A model generated the notes under the pieces. The model ran no database searches. It was not told the DNA's origin and saw nothing but the letters and a program-made list of their open reading frames with translations. The position numbers and the translations under genes are program-made. Shown here piece by piece: positions 27,301 through 36,283 of a stretch of 64,000 nucleotides of DNA. Positions within the stretch are counted from its first letter, which is position 1, and every line of letters begins with the position of its first letter. The stretch is taken from the NCBI GenBank assembly GCA_040954595.2, contig CM082587.2, positions 2,261,000 through 2,324,999 of the forward strand, in the 5' to 3' direction. The DNA is from Balanoglossus misakiensis (taxonomy: Eukaryota; Animalia; Hemichordata).

Positions 27301-30300
27301 TGATGAAACACTGGTCATGCATAAAGGCTGAAATATGCAGATAGACACGCATGGTGCAGTGCACAGAACATGCCCTTGAATAAACCAAGATAAAGCACTT
27401 CAAACACACCCAGCCCTGACAGGTAAATCCACCGACTTCCGACTTGCTGCCAAAAGGAAGAGTAATGTTTCAGGAACTGCTTACACACCTTTCTATTCTT
27501 CACGAATCAACAAAGAATACACACGGAAGGAGACTACTTCCTGGTTGCGGTCGTGACGTGCTGACAAAAGCGTAAGTACACAACACTGGCAGATGCTGTC
27601 TTCTATGCAACACAACATCCATTTAATGACATTTCCCTGTTGTTTCAACTGTGAAATATCTATTTTCCTTTCTCTTTTTTACAGGAAACGTAGAAGCCTG
27701 CATGCATGCAACAGTTGCATGCAGTATATTATTGTCTGTTGCTGCACCAGGGATGGTTCAATTGTATATAAGAGTGTTTCTTCAAGAGGCTGTTAAGGTC
27801 ATGGTAACCTGATATGATCCCTTTCATCAATTAATATTCATATCTTTACCTTGAGTTAAGCAATGTGTTGATAGCTAATACTGGAACGCCCAAAATATCT
27901 CTAATCTGAAAGTATAAGGTGGTCAGTATGGGAAAATTACCATATGTCTGATTTTACATAGATACGATATGTATTTGCATATGCATTAGCATTTTAGCAT
28001 ATAATTTCATGGTTGATTAACTGATTAATGTTCAGTAATGAAGTTAACAGTTTCAATTCAATCAGTGGCATAATCACGGAGCCAGAATACATTAACATAG
28101 ACTGTCACTGCTGACCACATCCAGATGTGGTTGTTAGTGTTACTAGATGGGGTTATCAATATCACACAACCTACCTCTGAAACACATTAGCCAAATACTT
28201 GCCATCGTTTTACAAGTGAAAAACAGACACCACTGACTGCCAAGAATGCCCTGATATAGACTTGATTATGACTTGTACTAAATACATGCTAAAGTCAGTC
28301 ACAAGTAGAGTATACTGTACTAGTACGGTAGTAACGGTACACATATTATAATAACTGTTTCTTTCAAACTGACGGTAGAGGTCAAATGAAGGTTGTGTGT
28401 GAATCATCAGTTTCTTTGAAACGGTGACAATAATGTCATTTGCTTGGATACATATCAGATCATAATAAAATATTAGAAATATTCATATATTGCAGGATGC
28501 AGTGAGAGACTAGCATACAGTTTGGAATGAGGTTCAAACACAAGTTGCACAAGGTCACTGAATATCCCTACGTGACTGCGTTCATTTCCTCGATAATTGG
28601 AAGAACAATTCGTATAAAATAGACTATAATTAAAGATAATATTACCATGAGAAATAATCTTTCAATGCATTTCACCCCCATCTGCCACTGTGGCAACCTC
28701 CAGTTATAAAAATTTATGAGATAATAAGAATTCCAAGAACATATGTAATGTGTATGCAGGTGAAGTATGACATATTACAAGTGCAACCTCCTCCAGGCTA
28801 CCACATTAAGATTAATTAGGCATCAATAAAATAAATTTATTACACCATAACCCAAATTCTGAAACATGTGATAAGTGTACAGGAATGCAGCCTTTTGTGG
28901 AACAAAAATATTTTTTACACGCTTCATTTTAAAATCCACACTGGGTTGCTTTCTGCCTATTATTTGCTTTATTATTTTAGGAAAGCTTCTAATGTTTGAT
29001 GTGTTGGTGGTGAGTATGTCAATAGCTGACTACAAAAGGATAAAATATTTTCAATTTACACATTAACATGAGATTTTTCACACAGAACCCATCTCCTGCT
29101 CAATGCAATACACACCAGCAGAGGCTAATTGGAATAGTTTCACAAGAATATGACTTCCTTTCTTAAGATAGGAGATGTAAAATTGTGAGGTGTGTCTGTA
29201 GGTGGGGTTAACGTGACAGATCATCCCAGGTACAGTGCACTGCTATTATTACAATCCCCAAGGTCAGGTTTCCTTGTAAACAGAGGTCACTGAAAGTTGA
29301 GTAATCAAGGTCAAAACAGATGCTATGTTATTGGTAAGTGCGGTACCTGCTAAATGTTACCAGTGTTCTCCAAGCAAAACATTTTATACACACATACACA
29401 TTTATCTCATCAGGCCTTAACGAGGATAGCCATCATGCTGCTTTCCTTTGAAAGAAAGTGAACCATGAAATTATTTCAACCACTGTAAACTTAGAGGTGA
29501 AGTGAGCCTTGTCAAGGAAACATACATAGCATTTTCCTTCCTCCGAGTAATACTTCCTGTTCATACTAAACACGATTGCTAGGTCACACCATAGGATATT
29601 AATTCATCATATATATATCTGCTATCAATGATGGTTGAATGGTAAGATCCAAGTAATATTTCTCAGTACAAGACGGCATCAAATGAATGATGTTCTCCAT
29701 GGTTTTAACATGTGTCATGAATATGTATTGATGCCATCTTGCTCCGGGGAATTTTACACTGAAAAGTGCTGTTTGTATGAGTAGTAGATTAAGTCTACAC
29801 ATGTGACGGGGAAGACTCTCATTCTGAATCACAAATCTGAATCAATGAAAACAAATAACATTAATGGCAGCTCCAGTTCTGACACTGATACCTGGAATGT
29901 CAAGAAACTTGAGGCAATCTTTTTAACCAGTGTTTTGGAGAGCCAGTATGAAGTGACACACTACAAGAAGCCTCACAGTAAGTTAAAGACTTTTGTCTGG
30001 TTTTGTATTACTGAGTGAAAGGGGGAAGGGGGTGAATGCAGTCTGTCTGTGGCAGTGCAGACATGGTATGAGATATGAGCTGTGCAGTTCACAGGAGTGT
30101 GAGCACAAAGAAAACATCCCAAGGGCACTATCAGCATTTGTCTCTCAGATTTCTTCCCAAGAATCCTCTTTCATGGACTCCCCACTCAAAAGCGACTGCA
30201 GTGCTGGCAAATCGAAGACAAGGAAAATGAGAAGTATTATCGATGTTTTCTTATTTTACTGGTAAGTAAACATCACAAGTTTCCACAGATCCCCATCAAC

Positions 30301-31576
30301 ATCACACTTCATTTCAAACAGCACTTTTAATACACTGTCATTAAACAATACGTCTCATTCTTCTTGATCAGTGCCTCAGATAACATTGCCATTCCTAAAA
30401 AGCTGTCTCAGATAACAGTCCCATGCATACATATAAATACGTATCCTAATCAAACATTGCCAAAGGAGATCATTGAATTTCTGAGCACAAATTCCTTTAT
30501 ATTCTTTTAAAAATTGATATGAATTTCTGAAGTGTTTGATTTACGGTCAATTTACATAACATTCCAGTAATTGTTGACAATATGATTATCACATGTCTCT
30601 TGCACATTTCACTATACACCAAAACGCCAATATTTATTTTATTATGCAGGGCAATTCCTAGGGTCTAATTAGAAAAATGTCTACAATTTGGCATAGAACT
30701 CAACTTCAACTGAATATGCGGTCTCTCCTCCAAACTGACAGTGACACACTTTTTCTGAACAATGAATGTTTTTATCATCACTTCCCTATTTAAACAAAAC
30801 TTCCTTTGGGGTGACTATGGCCAGCGAAGCCGATACCTTACTTCCTCAACAAAATCTTGTGTTGCGATCATCTGGGACCACCTACGTGCGAATATCATTC
30901 ATACCTTGTCTTTTATTAATATAAGAATATTGCCATGGTAATCTTCTAACTGCTACAAACTGTGGGTCGGTTAATGACATGGGGTGATAACATAGGGCTT
31001 CGAAACCAACGCAATATATATCACCACACACAGAGTATGTCATTATTTTTCCCTGTCTAACATGATTAACTCAAGTTTGAACTTTTAGTTTCACAGAGTA
31101 ATTATTTCGTTGCCATGGTGATTTTACTGTAGTCACCATAGCCGTGTCTGACGCCAAAGAAAACCCCTCCCCGATTGCACGATGAGAAGCCATTGCCACA
31201 ACATGTATGAGTCGCCGTACAGCCTGTATGTACTATATAGTGTAGCATACAGACCATAGCAAGCGACATGCAATGTACATGTAGTATCAATGGCACGTAC
31301 CACTGCCAATGCCCATTGCTGGTAGACATAAACAAACGTTGGAATGTCTATATATAACCGTGAATCCACTAAACATAAAACACTACTTCTGATCAAAGAC
31401 TTTCAAAGCAGCACCAACTTAAACTTGTACTACCCCGTGAACCACCTGATCCATACTTTACAACACAAGACCAGATCCTCCCATTTCTATTTTGAGACGC
31501 ATTATTCGCAAATCCCATTTTGTGAAAATATTACATCAAAAAGGTTACTTACCCAGAGCTCCTCTCCCCAGCTCAT
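15236..31576 (-). CDS. FNBP1L: Formin-binding protein 1-like / Toca-1 / CIP4 family (F-BAR, HR1, SH3); 13 constitutive coding exons, 583 aa
   Basis: N-terminus MSWGEELW|DQYDIIEKHTHYGIEFVEKF (family signature MSWGxELWDQ), HR1 'DFSDLPPTQQRKKLQQKIDE...KNPSLGDP', SH3 'CKAMYDFT...DSGDGWTKARR...EGYVPTSYL'. All introns GT-AG and phase-consistent. Probably co-orthologous to FNBP1/FNBP1L/TRIP10. Confidence 0.95.
15560..15708 (-). CDS. FNBP1L: FNBP1L-like exon 12 (acidic linker, SH3 start)
   Basis: PDTGIGDTS...EFSDSDDE...CKAMYDFT; phases 2/1 fit the neighbouring exons. Confidence 0.9.
15880..16085 (-). CDS. FNBP1L: FNBP1L-like exon 11 (Ser/Thr-rich linker)
   Basis: cag|GYMADVDGQ...ESTAPT AG|gtacgc. 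Confidence 0.88.
16443..16457. repeat. G15 homopolymer
   Basis: Run of 15 G in an intron. Confidence 0.9.
17422..17475 (-). CDS. FNBP1L: Candidate 54-nt alternative cassette exon of FNBP1L-like (RYLKTADAKKLKRSHSHS)
   Basis: Acceptor 'ttcatttttgtttccatcag', donor 'TCT|gtaagt', phase 0/0 in a phase-0 intron, no stop. Confidence 0.45.
18118..18250 (-). CDS. FNBP1L: FNBP1L-like exon 10 (HR1)
   Basis: DAMNKMKDVYTKNPSLGDPNSIDEQLTQNGKELDVLRKELQKYE. Confidence 0.94.
18409..18521 (-). CDS. FNBP1L: FNBP1L-like exon 9 (HR1)
   Basis: NDDNKDDFSDLPPTQQRKKLQQKIDEYSEKVKQQMKAR. Confidence 0.94.
19651..19674 (-). CDS. FNBP1L: Candidate 24-nt microexon of FNBP1L-like (SCRHYRYR)
   Basis: Pyrimidine-rich acceptor ending 'ctgtcacccag', donor 'AGG|gtaagt', frame-preserving in a phase-0 intron. 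Confidence 0.45.
19862..19889. repeat. (TTTG)n microsatellite
   Basis: ttttgtttgtttgtttgtttgttttttt. Confidence 0.8.
20664..20873 (-). CDS. FNBP1L: FNBP1L-like exon 8
   Basis: DSKSVIERYKSGLDPPTDFYFEDLS...KGKRKKRKGLTGFFSK (family 'IExYKSGxxPPxDxxFED' motif). Confidence 0.93.
21066..21212 (-). CDS. FNBP1L: FNBP1L-like exon 7 (F-BAR)
   Basis: HLQDLDERRI...VMPIIGKCLDGMTSAGDAVSHAQ. Confidence 0.94.
21408..21536 (-). CDS. FNBP1L: FNBP1L-like exon 6 (F-BAR)
   Basis: ARQTMNQKMQYCEDCKNEYILQLENTNTHQRNHYTTKMPEVFK. Confidence 0.93.
21971..22075 (-). CDS. FNBP1L: FNBP1L-like exon 5 (F-BAR)
   Basis: AKKNYEGAHKASEHAKQKHSEADADMNLPRAQVEK. Confidence 0.93.
22390..22606 (-). CDS. FNBP1L: FNBP1L-like exon 4 (F-BAR)
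   Basis: YTYTWSKGFSSVVKEVTDLAGQHEVISE...IKQLEQ. Confidence 0.94.
22735..22788 (-). CDS. FNBP1L: FNBP1L-like exon 3
   Basis: KLAKAYTPKKKSDNNENG; phases 2/2 fit. Confidence 0.9.
24065..24180 (-). CDS. FNBP1L: FNBP1L-like exon 2 (FCH)
   Basis: DQYDIIEKHTHYGIEFVEKFQRFAKERSRVEQEYASSLR. Confidence 0.94.
31553..31576 (-). CDS. FNBP1L: FNBP1L-like exon 1, coding part (MSWGEELW)
   Basis: ATG AGC TGG GGA GAG GAG CTC TGG|gtaagt; 7.4-kb first intron. Confidence 0.93.
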
Positions 31577-31599
31577 TCTGATCCCTTTCCACCAGGATC

Positions 31600-31780
31600 A
31601 AAACTACAAATGACAGAATACGAGCTCCTCTGAATGAAAACAATTTGTAGTCCCACACCGACAGTCGATCTTTACTCGAAAGTCAAAATGGCGGATATGA
31701 TTTTGTTGGGTGCGCGTTGCATTGTGGGTAAGAACTGCGGATATGGTTCATCTGTCGTCCTTGTGACGCCGCGTGAAGAC
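31600..31780. promoter_or_regulatory. CpG-enriched promoter of FNBP1L-like with YY1-type (CAAAATGGCGG, 31684-31694) and ZNF143/Staf-type (TACCCACAATGCAACGCG on -, 31713-31730) motifs
   Basis: Directly upstream of exon 1; motifs read from the sequence; ACTACA elements near 31603 (+) and 31646 (-). Confidence 0.65.
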
Positions 31781-32679
31781 AAAAATGCAGAAAGAAAAGA
31801 CTGCTAAGGCGAGGAAGTCTTGAATAAACTCAAAGTATATTATTAAACAAGAAAAAACGAGACTAAGCAAATTAATATGTGAATATTGTGCCTTGTTTCC
31901 AGGCGTATGGGGTCAATGGACACCCCCATGCAATCAGATGCAATGTCTCCAGTCCAAGTGGTGTTACTTATTGTGTGCATAAACCCATTGTGATTTTAAA
32001 AATAATGCTCAGTCTTTATCTGTGATAGTTCTGGACTAGTCTCTCGGGGACCTAAGATAACCTATGTGGGATTTAGTCAAAACAAGCACTAAACAAAAAC
32101 CTTGACAATTTGATTTCATAGGACATGCTATACCGATGCATTCACCTGAATATAGATGTACGTTCTTTACATTAGTTGCAACAGAGAACATAAATAATAA
32201 GAAATAATAAGACATATTAAGAAATTACAGGTATTTCTAATCTTTGCCAGTTTCCAACACTGCCACAAACTAAAAGCAGGGCAACCATGTCATTTGTATA
32301 ATATCCTAGAACAGCTGATGCCAGCCATCATCTTCTGTAAACTTTAAGAAAATTCATGTAAATTATCTAGCAGCTTTAAATTTCAGGTTATTTCTTCTAG
32401 TGAAGGGACACAACTTTTTGTGCACAAGAGACCACAAGTTCTCCTCAAATTTATATGTGATTTGTAAAATATTTGGAACAGGACCCAAAACATAGCAGCA
32501 TGGGCAGCATTCATCTGTTGTGTATGCATTATTGGGTTTATGAAAATTGATATTCCAGTGTCCTCTTCTTTAGACATGCAATATTATTATTAGTAGTAAT
32601 TCCACCAAATCAATGAACAAGTTTCTATGACTAAAGTTCACCATGATGAAATAATTGGCACAAACCCCAACAGGTGGGT

Positions 32680-33065
32680 GTTCGGCCGTATGCCCATGAC
32701 ACACGTTTTCAAAGTTTCAGGGTGTCGCTAGAGGGCGGCCTATACGTAAACGCTATTTTCGTTTCAAAGGTCAAAGGTTAGTGTACTTTGAGTAAACAGT
32801 GACTGCGACAACTCATCTTCATTCGTCATGAGATACGTGGGCACGTAGAATGGGACGATTTTTGGAATGATTAGAAAGGTAAGTAAAGGAAACGCATGGC
32901 AACCGATCGTACTATGTAAGTTATCAATATTCCAGCTGCGTACATCACAAATCGGTCGATTTTCTTTTCGTGGACTGCTTCATTCATCATTTCATGGCGA
33001 CGAGAAAAACAGGAAGTCTGACAGCTCGATCGTAACCCGCGTCGTTTCCTGATACACGAGTCGCT
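32680..33065 (+). promoter_or_regulatory. CpG-enriched probable promoter and first non-coding exon (donor AAAG|gtaagt at 32878) of the 7TM-RING gene; CTCF-like motif at 32723-32740
   Basis: Local CpG enrichment, consensus donor, TGTCGCTAGAGGGCGGCC. Confidence 0.5.
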
Positions 33066-33343
33066 TTAGGAATTATATGTCCATCTTCCAAGAAAGACGT
33101 TTTGAAAGTGATTTCCCCATTAAAGACTTAGACAAGTGCTGTGAAAAGCTGACAATTGTGTGAATCACATAGGGACTGTGTGAATGGCTAACTCCCATAC
33201 TGTACATTTCAGGGTAACGTAGGTTTCGTCACAATATATTTCAGTGGATTGCAAGATATCAAGATATGCTGTACTGGGATGGTGAAACTTTTCTTCTCGA
33301 GTATTCTTGAAATGAAACCATTGTAGCTTGATTGACCAACTGA

Positions 33344-33375
33344 CCAGTCAGTCAATCAGTCAGTCAATCAATCAA
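33344..33375. repeat. (CAGT/CAAT)n microsatellite
   Basis: cagtcagtcaatcagtcagtcaatcaatcaa. Confidence 0.8.
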
Positions 33376-34020
33376 CTTAGACTTCATACTGTTGTTAAAA
33401 AATATTGAAATATCTGTGGAAAATATTGCAAATCAATATCTAATGCTAGTTGTTCTATGGCTTCTTTTATCCATTGTGACAGAACCATTAATTAAGTTAA
33501 AATCTAATTGTTGTTTTCTGTGTCAATACCTCTCTGGATGTTATGTTGGAAAGACTGTCATCTACCCCTCGTTGTAGGTCAATGTCATGTTCAATGGCGA
33601 AGTAAGTGGGATTATTACTCAAGGTCAATATCTGAATGGCAAACTGCAGTATTCTCAAATTGACTCACAGAGTCCTTGAATAACATTTTCTGTTGGAGGT
33701 CAACTGGTTTCATGGTATTGACTGTCAGAGACAATTGACTGTATGTAAGACCATGGAGTATGGTGCCCAAACTCTTAGAATTCCACTTTTATTTACATAT
33801 TGACTCAAGCTTGATCTTGAATTCATCAAGGACTTTCAAAAGACCAGGTTCTCTTAGAATATGCATTGTTTCTACTATATTAGCATTATAATAGAGAACA
33901 AAAGATTTGTGGTGGGAATGGGAAATTAACTAGAGGCACAGTCCCCCTATCACTACAGCACCTAAGTAGCATATTCCTTTTAACATGGCCAATGATAATG
34001 CCTGAAATCATTCTGTGCAG

Positions 34021-34060
34021 GTACTTTATAGGAGAACGTTTCATAAACAGCTAAATGGAA
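34021..34060 (+). other. Candidate short (~40-nt) 5'UTR exon of the 7TM-RING gene
   Basis: ttctgtgcag| ... GGAAG|gtaagt consensus sites; contains an ATG out of frame with the main CDS. Confidence 0.4.
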
Positions 34061-36124
34061 GGTAAGTTCTGTGTCTAGTGCTAGTAGGTTTCTTCTACCT
34101 GCTGGGCATTGGACCCGTGCTTCATAGACATCTATGAACGGTGTCCCCACTCCGTGATCTGAGTGATGCAGATATTTGTGTTTTCAAGTGCATGATGTAT
34201 GTCAACCCTGTGACACACACCACATCACACTGGCACTGTTTACTTGCATCACTGGTTCAACATCACATGATCACGGGGCTCCTTGGCACAATATCAAAAT
34301 AGCCACAAATGGGGCAAAAACACTCATTTATCACAAGGAAAGTGTTGTATGTAGTAAACAAAATGTTATCACGAGGTTAAAAAAACGCCACCACTGTAGT
34401 GGCAATTTCCATGTGCAAAGTTCAACACTCGTGTCCAAGAAGAGCATGCACAGATAGTAGAAAGACCTGCATTGGGAGAAAACAAATATTTAAGTCTCAT
34501 TGAATTCTTAATTACGTGTCAAGTTAATATCGAACATCAGAAATATAGCTATATGAGAATTAGACTGGTGTTTTTGTGGTGTGTAGAATTGTCCTGGTAA
34601 TTAGGTGACATAACCATGTATAGAGCCGGTCACTGAATGGCCATGAAGAAAAGGTGGGTTATTATGTTCAGGTGAATAAGGGGTCATTTGGTCATTGCCT
34701 CTGAGGTCAACAAACTTTTTATGTTTGCGAGGTTCGTTTGCTGAAGTGGGCCACATTGCTTCACGTGTCTGACGTGGTTGTCAAAAAACAATTCAGTTCA
34801 ATTTATTTTTAGATGTGGGGATCTCCAAAAGTAGCACCACTGCAAAATGTATATTTTGTACGAGGTATGGGTATTGCCAAAGAAACCAGTCATTTTGATA
34901 GTGCGTGGCGTTGCGACATATTAAGTTTTATATTTACAAAACAGATAAAAGCCAAACCCAAAGGATGTTTGCGCTGTGGTTTTTGATATCAAAGATAGGA
35001 TTTGTTGCGTCTCGACCAACTTCGACCCAGTAGGACAAGCTGCAAATAAGTACCAAACTTTCTAGAAAAAGGGTTTGGCATGTAATTTGTGTGCATAGCA
35101 TTCTGGGTATATTTCTCTTCAACCTATCAGCTACATGCTTCCCGTGTCAGCTGACCAGTTCAGAAGTTGATTAACATGATCCATAGATACATTATATTTA
35201 GCATCTGGTTGAAAATTTACTAAATTTTTACTGCAACTTGACATGAGTGCCAGATGCTTGGATCCCAAGGTACCTTTTTAAAGTCTTCAACGTAAAAAAC
35301 GTGTACTGGGACATTTTTTGTTTTGCAAATTTTTTGATTTCATTCCCTCATTTTTGTCAATTGTGTCATTATCCTACCAGGTAAGATTTTAAACAATGCA
35401 TTTTTTTTGATAACTTTTTATCCACTTCTAGTTCTGTATGACTTCAACTATTTCGTGGGGAAAATAAGTTCTGTGTCTAATACTTTAATATACACAGATT
35501 TCTTTAAATGGCATTTTGGTTTGGTCATCATTTTAAAAATAAGGCAAAAATCTGTTTCACTTTGTTACTTTTTTTTCCAGTTCAGAAATCTCTGGAACGG
35601 AGTTGTTAATGTGCCTTTATAGAGCTCATATTCAGAACAATCCTGTACGATAATTCTATAAACACTTTGTAAAAATGTAAATCCTTGAATGTAGTTATTA
35701 AATATTTGTTATAACCTTCAAAGTTTCTTTGAAATTTCCTTTATTGAGAATGCAGTGTTTCAAATAAAACATTTTCTGTGTTCCAGCATGACATGGCCTT
35801 GTTACTGTTTGTACTGCCATATCAACATTATGTAAACTGCAATGTTTGCGTCACAATTCTTCTCTACACAGTTGTCCCGTTGCTCGAAGTTTCACAGACT
35901 TACGTACAAGTATTTACTATCAGTATATTCAACTTTTGATGAAATTTGGGTCCATCTTATTGCTCTGATATATAGATTTCTCTTCTATTTTCCTTCTTAG
36001 TCTTGTGAACTAGGGTATGTACAGTAATTGATAAGCCGAGTTTGTGAAAATAGTTATACCGTGACATTGATTCCAATTTTGTGTCTCGTTTCAGGAGAGA
36101 GAATGGTAGTTGAAGACACAAGCA

Positions 36125-36283
36125 ATGGTAGAAGTAACTCAGGTCAGAATGAACACATTGGAAAGTGTTAAAAGTACCCTGTCGACGTTGGTGACGTTTT
36201 TCGAAGGTCCCTCCATCATGGACCTGTGTCCATTCAACTGCTCGGGACACGGAGTGTGCGAGGAAGGTCTTTGTATCTGTGAA
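36125..36283 (+). CDS. 7TM-RING exon 1, coding part (EGF-like); acceptor at 36095
   Basis: MVEVTQVRMNTL...DLCPFNCSGHGVCEEGLCICE|gtaagt. Confidence 0.82.

Noticed and set aside
31688-31733. ATG GCG GAT ... GTG G|gtaaga as a + strand first coding exon
   Set aside because: Fully explained by overlapping YY1 and ZNF143-type motifs. No in-frame path to the 7TM-RING CDS, which has an upstream in-frame stop.
33578-33680. Possible exon after gttgtag| (VNVMFNGEVSG...)
   Set aside because: All three frames close within about 100 nt and there is no homology; at most a 5'UTR exon.
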